From the NCBI GenBank assembly GCA_038087875.1, contig CM075997.1, forward strand, positions 1,800,001 through 1,864,000: DNA of 64,000 nt. The letters run 5' to 3'. This document shows positions 1 to 12,353 of this stretch, in pieces. Within the stretch, counting starts at the first letter, position 1; each line of letters starts with the position of its first letter. The stretch comes from Malacoraja senta. Its lineage: Eukaryota. The notes under the pieces were generated by a model that was not told the DNA's origin, did not search any database, and saw only the letters and a list, made by a program, of their open reading frames with translations. The translations under genes were made by a program, and so were the position numbers.

Positions 1-134
1 TTTCCCTCTTCAGATCCATAGATGCTGAGTAACTAAAGTTTTTTCTCCTGGTTATTCATGAACTGACGCAACGTCCTTGTCCTGACCATTCCTCTTTATT
101 CAGTCCACACACACACACACACACACTGATCACA

Positions 135-420
135 GTGAGTGATGGGGCGGGGGCGCGCCTTGCCCCCCAAAAAATAAGTGGTGTGGGGCGTACGCGCGCT
201 CCCGCGGCCGGTTTCACCTCGCAGGGGGCGCGCATTAGTTGTTCCCCCCCTTTCCCACAACTCAATGTTAACCCAGCCAATCCTAAAATGCAATATAATG
301 GCTTGGAGTCTTTTTTTTCCAGGGGGGTGTTTGGGGCGCGCGTGCACGGGGAGGGGAGGCGCGGCGCGCTGGCGGGGGCGAGCGGTGCGCGCTCCCGAGG
401 CAGCCTGTCACTGTGTGTGT
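135..420 (+). promoter_or_regulatory. GC/CpG-rich putative NPAS1 promoter
   Basis: High CpG density with many CGCG, GC box GGGGCGGGG at ~144-152, CCAAT at 277-281; lies just upstream of a GC-rich segment ending in a strong donor site. Confidence 0.55.
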
Positions 421-549
421 GTGTGTGTGTGTGTGGGGGGGGGTCTGTGGTCAGAGGAGGGGGGTGGGTGGGGGGAGGTCTGCTGGTGAGGCGAGGATTG
501 CAAAGGGGCAGGGGCGTGGGGGAGAGGGAGGAGGGAGAGGAGGGAGAGA

Positions 550-747
550 GGGAGCCCAAAGTGGCCGGGCCGGAGGGGGAGTTGGTGCCGCCGCGGGAGC
601 CCGCCGAGCCGGGGCATGGTGCAGAGCTCCCCGGAGCTGCGGAGCGGCGGAGCGGCGGCCGGGGCTGGGACAGCGCGGCTGGGGCATGGATAGAGCTGGC
701 GGCGCTGGTGGTCGAGCCGCGAGTGAGAGCGGCAGGACTTCGCTGGG
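550..747 (+). other. NPAS1: Candidate first (5'UTR) exon of NPAS1; start position approximate
   Basis: GC-rich non-repeat sequence ending at TGGG|GTGAGT (donor at 748). The next exon has an acceptor and in-frame stops before its ATG, so an upstream exon is required. Confidence 0.5.
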
Positions 748-829
748 GTGAGTGAGTGAGGGTCGGGATGGCGGCGCTGGGGGGGGGGGACTGGGAGAGG
801 GTGGGATGGGATGGGATGGGAGGGAGAGA

Positions 830-1029
830 NNNNNNNNNNNNNNNNNNNNNNNNNNNNNNNNNNNNNNNNNNNNNNNNNNNNNNNNNNNNNNNNNNNNNNN
901 NNNNNNNNNNNNNNNNNNNNNNNNNNNNNNNNNNNNNNNNNNNNNNNNNNNNNNNNNNNNNNNNNNNNNNNNNNNNNNNNNNNNNNNNNNNNNNNNNNNN
1001 NNNNNNNNNNNNNNNNNNNNNNNNNNNNN
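830..1029. other. Assembly gap (200 N)
   Basis: Run of N. Confidence 1.
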
Positions 1030-1960
1030 AGTTGATATGGGAGAGAGGGGGGTGGTGGGGGGACTTGGTGCTGAGATAGATCTGGGTGTCATCAGCATAG
1101 CAGTGGAAGTCCAGGTTGAAGTGACGGAGTATATGACCAAGGGGGAGGATGTAGATGATGAAGAGGAGGGGACCAAGAACGGAGCCTTGGGGAATGCCTT
1201 GAGTGACAGTGGCTGTGGCAGAGGTGTGGTTATGGAGAGTGATGAAGTGGGATCGGTTGGAAAGGTAGGAACGGAGCCAGCTGATTGCAGAACCTTCAAT
1301 GCCAAGGTCTTTAAGTCTGGTAAGCAGAATATGGTTCACGGTATCGAAGGCTGCACTCAGGTCGAGGAGGATGAGGATGTTGAGGGAACCAGTATCAGCA
1401 GAGATGAGGAGGTCGTTGAGGACTTTGAGGAGAGCAGTTTCTGTGCTATGGAGGGGGCGAAAGCCAGATTGGAGGGGTTCGAATAGGTTATACGCGAGGA
1501 GGTGGGAATGAAGTTGTGACGCGACGATACGCTCCAGGGTTTTTGAAAAGAAAGGGGAGGTTTGAGATAGGGCGGTAGTTAATGAGAGAGGAGGGATCAA
1601 GACCAGGTTTCTTTAAGATTGGTGTGACAGCAGCAGTTTTGAAAGCAGAGGGGACAATTCCTTGGGACAATGAGGAGTTGAAGAGATTAGTGAGGTAGGG
1701 GCAGAGAGCAGGGAGGCAGGATTTCAGCAGGGGAGTGGGGAGAGGGTCGAGGGAGCAGGTAGTGGGTTTGGAAGAGCTGATGAGTTTGGAGATTTCAGTA
1801 GGGGTGACCGGGTCAAACTGGGAGAGGAAGCAGTGAGGGGAGGGGTATGGAGATCAGCGGAGATGTTGAAAGGAGGGGCCTTGGTAGGTGGTGGAGTAGA
1901 TGCTGGGGAGTCAGGTACAGGGGATAGAGATTGAAAGATGGTGCTGATTTTGTCAGCGAG
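1030..1960 (-). mobile_element. L2-clade LINE reverse transcriptase fragment
   Basis: Translation gives YRPISNL, QSGFRPLHSTETAL, LLDLSAAFDTVNH, QGSVLGPLLF, YADD; frameshift near 1560; cut by the gap. Confidence 0.85.
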
Positions 1961-1961
1961 T

Positions 1962-2372
1962 TACAATAGCCCTCTGGAGCGCTTTCCTCTTAGCCGCTGT
2001 GCAGCTGGTGTACCACACGCATACACAGTATGTTAGGATGCTCTCTATGGAGCACCGATAAAAGGATAGCAGCAGTCTCTGGGTGATGTCATTCTTCCTG
2101 AGCACCCTCAGGAAGTGCAGCTCTGCTGGAACTTTTTCAGCAGCGCAGAGGTGTTCACGCTCCATGTCAGGTCCTCCTCAATGTGGATTCCCAGGAAGCG
2201 TAAATCCGCCACCCTCTCCGCACAGTCCCCTCTGATGATTAGTGGTGTCATGTCCGTTTTCTTCTTCCTGTAGTCTATTATGAGCTCCTTGGTCTTTGAG
2301 GTGTTGAGGAGCAGGTTATTATCTCCACACCACACTGTCAGCTGCTCCACCTCATCCCTGTAGCCGTACTCA
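1962..2372 (-). mobile_element. Rex1/Babar-like LINE fragment
   Basis: YRDEVEQLTVWCGDNNLLLNTSKTKELIID, FLGIHI, FYRCSIESILTYC motifs; frameshifted. Confidence 0.7.
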
Positions 2373-2387
2373 TCCCCCCCCCCCCCC

Positions 2388-2797
2388 CTTGACGGGCTTG
2401 CCCCCACCTACATGAAAAGTCTGCTCACCCACCACTCCACCTCCAGGTCCCTCAGATCGGCCGACTTGGGGTTGCTGAATATCCCGCGGTCTAGGCATAA
2501 GCTCAGGGGCGACCGCGCCTTTGCGGTTGCAGCTCCTAGACTGGAACGGCATCCCCCTTCCCATCAGAACTGCCCCCTCCATCGACTCCTTTAAGTCAAG
2601 ACTTAAAACTTATTTCTACTCTCAAGCCTTTCTTGAGGTCCTCAGAGGGAGCGCTGTATGTGTGTATTTATGGATGTATTGTTAGATCTATGTACCACTG
2701 TATGAAGCATGTTAGTATCTGCACTGATGTTAAGCACTTTGGTCAACGAGAGTTGTTTTTAAATGTGGTATAGAAATAAAAGTGACTTAACTTGACT
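2388..2797 (+). mobile_element. L2-clade LINE 3' end
   Basis: RSLRSADLGLL..GDRAFAVAAPRL C-terminal motif, then 3'UTR with AATAAA and (GACTT)n-like tail. Confidence 0.75.
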
Positions 2798-2991
2798 AAC
2801 ACCATCCTGCACACAGTAGGGACAATTTACTATATTACCAAGCCAATTAACCTACAAACCACTTAGTTTAGTTTAGAGAAGGAGTTATAAGTTCATTGAC
2901 TGATGTAAATCACTCCCGCTGGTGGAAGTGGCAGAGAGTGAAGGGGAACTTCAAGGGCATGTGTGACAGAGAGGACAAGTTGCAGGATTAT

Positions 2992-3860
2992 AGCTGATCT
3001 ACATCGGTGAGACCAAGCGCAGGCTTGGCGATCGCTTCGCCCAACACCTCCGCTCAGTCCGCACTAACCACCCTGATCTCCCGGTGGCTCAGCACTTCAA
3101 CTCCCCCTCCCATTCCGTATCCGACCTTTCTGTCCTGGGCCTCCTCCATGTCCAGAGTGAGGACCACCGAAATTGGAGGAGCAGCGCCTCATATTCCGCT
3201 TGGGCAGTTTGCACCCCAGCAGTACGAACCAAAGACCCTGTAGCGAGCAAGATAGATCACTCGACGAAAAAGACGTAGTACGGTCATGGGCAGATTCACG
3301 GGTAATTTTAGGCCCCATTTCCGTAACCGGCTTCCGTCTACGCACCAAAGATCCCATAGGATACTAGTGCGGAGACGGAAGCCGGTTACGGAAACATCCT
3401 CGTAAAAATAAAGGTTCTTTGGTAAAAATCTTCTCCTCATTTTCAGAATTTTAATTTATTAACACAAACTGTTCCCCCGCAACGTTGATTACACTGCGGG
3501 TCGGGTCGGGTCCGGTTACTGAAAAATGGATGAAAAAAAGGTCCACGTTCCGCTCCGTTGCGTACTACACGTCAGCCCATTGCATTTAGCAGGAGTGGTC
3601 TATCTAGAGGGTCTTTGGTATGAACATTGACTTCGCCAATTTATTGACTTCGCCAATTTCAGGTAGTCCCTGCTTTCTCCTCCCCTTCCCAGCTCTCCCT
3701 CAGCCCATTGGCTCCACCTCTTCCTTTCTTCTTCCCGCCCCCCCCCCCCACCCCCACCCTCACATCAGCCTGAAGAAGGGTTTCGGCCCGAAACGTTGCC
3801 TATTTCCTTCGCTCCATAGATGCTGCCTCACCCGCTGAGTTTCTCCAGCACTTTTGTCTA
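2992..3860 (+). mobile_element. Penelope-like element 3' fragment (GIY-YIG end plus terminal repeat), interrupted by a hAT MITE
   Basis: Near-identical to 60813-61290 (YIGETKRRLGDRF, AQHFNSPSH, EQRLIFRLG); hammerhead-like core at 3770. Confidence 0.8.
3230..3617. mobile_element. Non-autonomous hAT-like MITE (family also at 39966-40359, 46047-46451; fragment ~32270-32360)
   Basis: Termini CAAAGACC...GGTCTTTG with 8-bp TSD GTACGAAC/GTATGAAC; splits a Penelope ORF. Confidence 0.75.
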
Positions 3861-3989
3861 GCTGCAGGAGTATAGAGTCCAGTGGAGCTGCTGCTCCATA
3901 GCACTCGTACCTGGGTCCGATCTTGATCTCAAGTGCTGGATATGTGGAGCTTGCAATGTTCTTGCTGTCACTCCATGACTTTGGTTTAT

Positions 3990-4750
3990 ATAACCATATA
4001 ATATAACCATATAACAATTACAGCACGGAAACAGGCCATCTCGACCCTTCTAGTCCGTGCCGAACACGTATTCTCCCCTAGTCCCATCTACCTGCGCTCA
4101 GACCACAACCCTCCATTCCTTTCCCGTCCATATAACTATCCAATTTATTTTTAAATGATAAAAACGAACCTGCCTCCACCACTTCCACTGGAAGCTCATT
4201 CCACACAGCCACCACTCTCTGAGTAAAGAAGTTCCCCCTCATGTTACCCCTAAACTTCTGTCCCTTAATTCTCAAGTCATGTCCCCTTGTTTGAATCTTC
4301 CCTACTCTCAGTGGGAAAAGCTTATCCACGTCAACTCTGTCTATCCCTCTCATCATTTTAAAGACCTCTATCAAGTCCCCCCTTAACCTTCTGCGCTCCA
4401 AAGAATAAAGCCCTAACTTGTTCAACCTTTCTCTGTAACTTAGTTGTTGAAACCCAGGCAACATTCTAGTAATCTCCTCTGTACTCTCTCTATTTTGTTG
4501 ACATCCTTCCTATAATTAGGCGACCAAAATTGTACACCATACTCCAGAATTGGCCTCACCAATGCCTTGTACAATTTTAACATTACATCCCAACTTCTAT
4601 ACTCAATGCTCTGATTTATAAAAGCCAGCACACCAAAAGCTTTCTTTACCACCCTATCTACATGAGATTCCACTTTCAGGGAACTGTGCACAGTTATTCC
4701 AAGATCCCTCTGTTCACCTGCATTCTTCAATTCCCTACCATTTACCATGT
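3990..4750 (-). mobile_element. CR1-clade LINE 3' fragment
   Basis: LYKALVRPILEYGVQFWSP, LERRRLRGDLIEVFK, FFTQRVV..WN motifs; (TATGGTTA)-type tail. Confidence 0.9.
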
Positions 4751-5201
4751 TTAGTTTAGTTTAGAGAAACAACGCAGAAACAGGCCCTTCGGCCCACCGA
4801 GTCCATGCCGACCAGCGATCCCCGCACTTTAACACTATCCTGCACACACTAGAGAACCATTTATATGTGTAAGAAAGAACTGCAGATGCTGGTTTAAATC
4901 GAAGGTAGACACAAAATGCTGGAGTAACTCAGCGGGACAGGCAGCATCTCTGGAGAGAAGGAATGGGCGACGTTTCGGGTCGAGACCCTTCTTCAGACTG
5001 ATGTCAGGGGAGGGGGCGGGACAAAGATAGAATGTAAACCTGTACGTCTTTGGGGTGTGGGAGGAAACGGAAGATCTCGGAGAAAACCCACGCAGGTCAC
5101 GGGAGAACGTACAAACTCCGTACAGACAGCACCCGTAGTCAGGATCAAACCCGGGTTTCTAGCGCTGTGAGGCAGCAACTCTACCGCTGCGCCACCGTGC
5201 C
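4750..5201 (-). mobile_element. HE1-type SINE containing a Penelope terminal-repeat module (~4870-5033)
   Basis: tRNA-like head with A/B boxes, conserved central domain and CR1-like (TAAAC)n tail, split by the hammerhead-bearing module. Confidence 0.75.
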
Positions 5202-7139
5202 ACTCTGTTGACTGATTCTGTGCCTCTTTCACAAGAGTAGAACATTCAGGAAGTCATGATGCAGTTTTGTAGGACATTGGTCGGGCCACATTTGGAGTAT
5301 TGCGTGAAGTTCTGGTCGCCCATTGTAGGAACGATGTGGAGGCTTTGGAAAGGGTGTAGAGGAGACCAGCGGTCCCAGCACACCAACACTAACCTAAACA
5401 CACTAGGGACAAATGACATTTACACTGTGATGTTTGGTGGACTGTGTGGGGTGGGAGGACCCGTTGCTCCTCCCGCGCAGCAGGTGGCGCTGCACAGGAC
5501 AAAAGGAGATGTTTTGTTTATAGTTTATCCTGTCTGTAGACAGTGTGCGGGCAGCCATTGTGACTAGTCTTGCTGCCAGCATTGAGTGAAACAAAGACTT
5601 CTGTTGTGAACTAAAGACTTTCAAGTTTCGTGCAGGCCTGGAAAACGAACATGAAATACACCGAAGCCAATTAACCTACAAACCTGTACGTCTTTGGAGT
5701 GTGGGAGGAAACCGGAGCACCCGGAGAAAACCCACGCAGGTCACGGGGAGAACGTACAAACTCCGATCATGACGAACATCACTGAGGCTGAATAATGCCA
5801 TGTAAACAGCAGCTCATTATTCATCATTTACCCAAAATTATTCACTTTGCAGTCTCTTTCATTCTCTTTTGATCCACTCCTGAATAATCCTGAATGCCCT
5901 CTGGCGTTGTTGGACCGCCGGTCTTGGCAAGGTTCGACGGCCCCTCTGGTCTCGTTAACCGAAGCCAGTTGGAAGCTGCCTCGGTGGGCTTCTCACACCA
6001 GTAAGGCATGTCTGGCCAGCACTAGGGGCAGGCTCCTCTTCCACGAATCACCCTCCCAAGCGACTCTCAGCCCAACATCATTACAATAAACTGGGAAATG
6101 AAAAAAATTCCACCACTAGCGCTAATAAATAAAAAAAGCGATTTCAAGGCTCCCGAGATAAATGAGGCTGGTCGGGAAGCTGAGGTTGTTGTAATTAGAT
6201 TTAGCTAATGGCAATTGTTTACGACTCTCCCACTTAACAAGAGAGGCTGCATAAACAACTGTGGCAAGACCATGCCATCCAGCAAAGTGTACACTGTTGC
6301 TAGTGCTTCTTCCCTGTGGCAATCAAACTGTACAACTCCTCCCCCTCCTGTCCTACCTGACTACCGGCGATGTCTGTATAGAGTTTGTACGTTCTCCCCG
6401 TGACTGCGTGGGTTTTCTCCGGGTGCTCCGGTTTCCTGCCACACTCCAAAGACGTGCAGGTTTGTGGGTTAATTGGCTTGGTATACATGTAAAATTGTCC
6501 CCAGTGTGTGTCGGTTAGTGTGTGGGGATCGATGGTCGGCGCGGGCTCGATGGGCTGAAGGGCTCGATGGGCTGAAGGGCCTGTTTCTGGGCTGTATCTC
6601 TAAACTAAAACTAAACAGCACTGGATGGAGGGAGAAAGTTGGAAGGAGATGTCCAGGGCAGGGTTGTTTCTACTATGAGTGGTGGGGTGCCTGGAACGCA
6701 CTGCCAGGGGTGGTGGTGGTGGAGGCACATACAATAGTGACATCCAAGAGGCTTTTAGACAGCCACGTGCAGGGAATGGAGGGATGTGGATCACGTGCAG
6801 GCAGAGGAGATTAGTTAGCTCGGCACGGACATTGTGGGCCGAAGGGCCTGTTCCCGTGCTGTACTGTTCTACAACTGTACTGTATCTTTCAATTCTTGGA
6901 GTGCGGTAGAATCAGTGGATTTGCCAAGTTGGAGAATTCCAAAGCTTCGCGGCTCCGTGTCTGGTGAAAAATTATCCTCTTCTCGAGACTTAACCTGCTA
7001 GCTCCGTATCGGGGAACTCTGCCCTCTTGTTCCAAAGCCTCCAGCCAGTGAACGGGCCATCACTGCCTCGATACTGTCAGCCCCGCTTGGACTGCACGAT
7101 AAAATCCCTTCTCATTTCCAGTCTGCGGTGAGGCAGTTT

Positions 7140-7450
7140 AGTTCAGTCTAGTTTAGTTTAGTTTAGCTTAGTTTAGTTTAACTAAACCGGGTCCGCGCCG
7201 ACCAGCGATCCCCGCATATTAACACGATCCTACACACACTATGGACAATGTTTACATTTACCAAGCCAATTTAACTACATACATGTACGTCTTTGGAGTG
7301 TGGGAGGAAAATGCAGATCTCGAAGAAAACTCACGCAGGTCACGGGGAGAACGTACACGCTCCGTACAGACAGCACCCGTAGTCGGGATCGAACCCGGGT
7401 CTCCAGCGCTGTAAGGCAGCAACTCTACCGCTGTGCCACCCTGTCCGCCC
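7140..7450 (-). mobile_element. HE1-type tRNA-derived SINE, representative copy (others e.g. ~6360-6615+, 10063-10230-, 13960-14280-, 14748-15640+ interrupted, 18110-18400+, 19760-20260-, 31160-31460+, 53092-53410+, 55530-55830-)
   Basis: GGTGGCACAGCGG A box, GGTTCGATCCC B box, central GTGGGTTTTCTCC..GGTTTCCTCCCACA domain, (CTAAA)n tail. Confidence 0.85.
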
Positions 7451-8029
7451 AGTTCACTGGATAACTATCTCATCTCCATCGTCTGAAACCCTCGTGCTCT
7501 CTGTGTGTTATTGTGTCTCGGGGAGGTACGCGCCTGCGCAACTCTTGTTCCAAAGGTTGTGGGTTTGAATCTTACTCTGGAGGCCTCTGCAATCCCGAGC
7601 ATGTTGCCAGCACTCCAGGGCTAACGAGGATGTTGCCAGGACTCGAGGGACTGAGCCGTAGGGAGAGGTTGAGCAGGCTGGGTCTCTATTCCTTGGAGCG
7701 CAGGAGGATGAGAGGTGATCTTATAGAGGTGTACAAAATCATGAGCGGAATAGATCGGGTAGACGCAACAGAGCCTTTTACCCAGAGTAGGGGAATCGAG
7801 AACCAGAGGACATAGGCTTAACTTGAGGGGAGAAAAGATTTAATAGGAACCTGAGCAGCAAATTTTCTACATGAAGTGTGGTGGGTGTATAGATCGAGGA
7901 GTTTTTATAGACATTGTGAAAGTACCTGCCTCAACTGAGCCAGGTACTTTCACAATGTCTATAAAAACTTTTGGATAGGTTATGGATAGGACAGGTTTCG
8001 ACGGACATGGTCCAAATGCCGGTGGATGG

Positions 8030-8628
8030 GACTTGTTCAAAATGCTGCCGCTCGCCTTTTGACTGGAACTCGAAAGAGGGAGCACATTACGCCAATTTTG
8101 GCCTCCCTACACTGGCTCCCAGTGCACTTTCGAGTTCATTTCAAAATTCTTTTATTTGTTTTTAAATTCTTGAATGGGCTCGCCCCGCCTTACCTCTCTG
8201 AGCTGCTCCACCTATATGCTCCTGCCCGGTGCCTCAGGTCAGCTGATCAGCTGCTCCTTGAGGTACCAAGGTCTAAGCGGAAGCTCAGAGGGGATAGAGC
8301 TTTTTCTGTTGCTGCTCCGGCACTCTGGAACACCTTGCCGCTGCACATCAGACAGGCCCCCTCACTGTCCATCTTCAAATCCTCCCTAAAAACATATTTT
8401 TATTCTTTGGCTTTCGACACTGGCTGAGGCATTGCCCCTGTTTTTAGTGCTTTTAATGTCTTTTAATTTTTAGTGTGTTTTTTATAGTCCTTCGTTTTAC
8501 GGTTTTTAATGGTTTTTAATTGTTTGTAATAGCTTTTTGTTCATGATTTCTCATGTACAGCACTTTGTGGCAACTGTGGTTGTTTAAAGTACTTTATAAA
8601 TAAAGTTATTATTATTATTATTATTATA
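8030..8628 (+). mobile_element. L2-clade LINE 3' end inserted in a CR1 tail
   Basis: LVQNAAARLL..HITPILASLHWLPV..GDRAFSVAAPALWN; AATAAA then (ATT)n tail. Confidence 0.85.
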
Positions 8629-9278
8629 GTGTAGATGGGACATGTTGGCCGGCGAGGATGGGTTGGGCTGAAGGGCCTGTTTCCATGCAGTATGACTCAA
8701 ATTGGTTGACATTTTGGGTCAGGGCCCTACTGCAAGGAAGTATGCAGAAACAAGGAATTGCAGATGCTGGCTTTGCAAAGAAAAGCACAAAGTGCTGGAG
8801 TAACTCAGCAGTTCAGGCAACATCTCTGGAGATCATGGATAGGTGACGTTTCGGTTTGACACTTCTTCAGACTTCAAGTTTCCTTGGTGAGTTGAGTGGC
8901 AGGTTGAAACAGTTGGGTAGCTATCAAAGATCCTGTCGTCTTTATGACTGTGAAGGAACTGTAGATGCTGGTTTACACCGAAGATAGACACAAAATGCTG
9001 GAGTAACTCAGTGGGACAGGCAGCATCTCTGGAGAGAAGGAATGGGTGACGTTTCGGATTGAGTCCCTTCTTCAGACGCTGAAGAAGGGTCTTCTGTTCC
9101 ACAGTCTGAAGAAGGGTCTCGACCAGAAACGTCACCCATTCCTTCTCATTCTTCTTGCGTATGGCGTGCACTGCCTAAAGTTGTAGGACAACTTGTTCTC
9201 TTTGATATTATTTGATTGTGCTTGCCAGGTTGATTGCATTCGTCGAAACAGGTTGAAGGTTGCAATCTCCCACCCCAT

Positions 9279-10925
9279 TCCTTCTCCCAAGAGATATTGC
9301 CTGTCCCGCTGAGTTACACCTGCGGTCTTTATCTTAACAATGCTGTGACCAATGTTATTCACTACTGCTCACTGTGGGTAACTGCACACAGACAGAAAGT
9401 GTCTACTGTGCAAAGATGGTTCTGGGCTATGAACACTTTGGAATGCACTGATGTTATTTTCATCTTCGCACCAAGGCCTTGTTATGTCGACTCTGCAATG
9501 TTCCCACTCCGCGGCCAATTCACCCTCGGGCTAAACTCCGTTGGGCTCAGATAGACCTGGCAGTGATTTGGTCTTTTATGTATTTTCCATATTTTATGCA
9601 AATAACCCACCAGGAGGCCATTCGCTCCATCGGTTCCATGCTAGCTTATGGAACAATCCCATTCCACCGTCGGTCCGGGTAACCTATTCGCCAAACGTTG
9701 CCCTCGAATCCTCTCACACTCAGGGGCAACTTGCAGGGGCCAATTAACACAGCAACCTGCATGTCTCTGGGTGTGGGGGGGAAACCAGTGGAAACTCAGA
9801 CATTGGTTTAAAGTGAGGGGGGAAAGATTCAATAGGAACCTGAGGGGCAACTTCCTCACACAAATGGTGGTAGGCGACGTTTCGGGTCGGAACCTTCTTC
9901 AGATTGTATTTACAGACTATCTGATCTGATTGTGTAGCATGTAAATAGATTTCAATGGTTCAATGCTATTTTTTTTATCACATGTATCAAGGTAGAGTGG
10001 AATCTTTTTTTTGCATTCAGTTCAGTAAATTATTACCATAACGTAGCCACAAAATGCTGTATGTAAACCTGCACGTCTTTGGAGTGTGGGAGGAAACCGG
10101 AGCACCCGGAGAAAACCCACGCAGGTCACGGGGAGAACGTACAAACTCCCTACAGACAGCACCCGTAGTCAGGATCGAACCCGGGTCTCTGGCGCTGTGA
10201 GGCAGCAACTCTACTGCTGCGCCACCCTGCCACTTCTAGATTTACAGGGGGAAGAGAGATTTAAAAGAGTGCAGCGATTGTACCAGATGATAGTTGACCC
10301 TCCTCTGTGATCAACGCCTACCACCATGTGTGTGAGGAAGTTGCCCCTCAGGTTCCTATTGAATCTTTCCCCCTCACTTTAAACCAATGTCTGAGTTTCC
10401 ACTGGTTTCCCCCCCACACCCAGAGACATGCAGGTTGCTGTGTTAATTGGCCCCTGCAAGTTGCCCCTGAGTGTGAGAGGATTCGGGGGCAACGTTTGGC
10501 GAATAGGTTACCCGGACCGACGGTGGAATGGGATTGTTCCATAAGCTAGCATGGAACCGATGGAGCGAATGGCCTCCTGGTGGGTTATTTGCATAAAATA
10601 TGGAAAATACATAAAAGACCAAATCACTGCCAGGTCTATCTGAGCCCAACGGAGTTTAGCCCGAGGGTGAATTGGCTGCGGAGTGGGAACATTGCAGAGT
10701 TGACATAACAAGGCCTTGGTGCGAAGATGAAAATAACATCAGTGCATTCCAAAGTGTTCATAGCCCAGAACCATTTTTGCACAGTAGACACTTTCTGTCT
10801 GTGTGCAGTTACCCACAGTGAGCAGTAGTGTAGCATTGTGAGGGGAATAGTATTGGTCACAGCATTGTTAAGATAAAGACCGCAGGTGTAACTCAGCGGG
10901 ACAGGCAATATCTCTTGGGAGAAGG
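9279..10925. repeat. Long inverted duplication: arms ~9279-9876 and ~10315-10925, spacer ~440 bp
   Basis: Arms are reverse complements with few substitutions and one small indel; mirrored ORFs appear in the track. Confidence 0.95.
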
Positions 10926-11785
10926 TACGGGGTGACCTTTCTGGTGCCGTCCTATTAGTGAACTGAAGATAGACACAAAATGCTGGGGTAACTCAGCAGG
11001 TCAGGCAGCATCTCTGGAGAGAAAGAATAAGTGATGATTTGAAGAGAGTTTTGTACCTAGACAACAATGATCGATTCTACATTTTCCTTGAACCGCATCT
11101 CCTTTGATGTCTCCCTTTCACACCTTGCCCTTCCTTATCCCTGTGTCTCCCTCTCCCCTGACTCTCAGTCTGGAGAAGGGTCTCGACCCGAAACATCACC
11201 CATCACTTCTCTCCACTGAGTCACTCCAGCATTTTGTCTGTCTAGGCAGGGTGGTGCCTGATAGGGTGAACTAGATGTCTTTCCAATGACAAAAATACAA
11301 GCTCTTCATGTCCCCCTTCAAGACCACCTTTATTTAACTAACTGCATTTAGATTCCTCATCAGCTGTTCTGGGATTTGACCTCCTCTTCGTTGAGTCACA
11401 GACCTGACAAATTAACTGCTGCACCACCGATGTCTCATCAGGCACGGTGACGCAGCGGTAGAGTTGCTGCCTCACAGCGCCAGAGACCCAGGTTTGTAGG
11501 TTGATTGGAATCCCAAAAGATTGTAAATTGTCCCTCGTGTGTAGGATAGAGCTATCGTTGGTCGGCGCGGATCGGTGGGCCGAAGGGCCTGTTTCTCTAA
11601 AGTCTACAGACCTTTTAACCTTTCGGGTCTCGACCCGAAACGTCACCTATTCCTTTTCTCCAGAGATGCTGCCTGACCCGCAGAGTTCCTCCAGTTTCTG
11701 TGTGTCCATCTTAGGTTTAAAGACAAGTTCGGTTACTCCAGCCCTTTGCTATCGTCAGTGAGAGGATCTTTCTGCATCACAACAA

Positions 11786-12353
11786 AGGGCCTGTCCCACT
11801 TACGTGATTATTTTCGGCGACTTGCCGGCATATGTCATAGTCGCTGCAGGTGGCCAAAAATTTCAACGTGTTGAAAATCCAGCGGTGACCAATAGACAAT
11901 AGATGCAGGTGTAGGCCATTCGGCCCTTCGAGCCGGCACCGCCATTCAATGTGATCATGGCTGATCATCCCCAATCAGTACCCCGTTCCTGCCTTCTCCC
12001 CATATCCCCTGACTCCGCTATCTTTAAGAGCCCTATCTATCTCTCTCTTGAAAGTATCCAGAGAACCGGCCTCCACCGCCCTCTGAGGCAGAGAATTCCA
12101 CACACTCACCACTCTCTGTGTGGAAAAAGGTACAACTCTTTGGGCGTCTACTCACGACCACACAGGAGTCACGTGTCGACTTGTCGCGCGCGGGGTGACG
12201 CCTGTACGGTCGTGAGTAGCCGCCCAAAGAGTCGTACCCTTTTTCTGGTCGCCCCTGGATTTTCAACACGCTGGAGATTTTCGGCCACCTGCTGCGACAA
12301 TGACGGGTGCCGGCAAGTCGCCGAAAAAAAATTGCGTGAGCGTGACAGGCCCT
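11786..12353. mobile_element. PIF/Harbinger-like MITE with nested CR1 tail (~11890-12125)
   Basis: AGGGCCTGTCCCACTT left end, degenerate inverted right end, long subterminal inverted repeats. Confidence 0.7.

Noticed and set aside
56..1600. 514-aa ORF as a single gene
   Set aside because: Reads through a 200-N gap, fusing an L2 RT fragment to antisense promoter sequence
7540..7600. Possible ancient Deu/SacSINE-like head (AAGGTTGTGGGTTTGAATC)
   Set aside because: Too short and degenerate to support without a search
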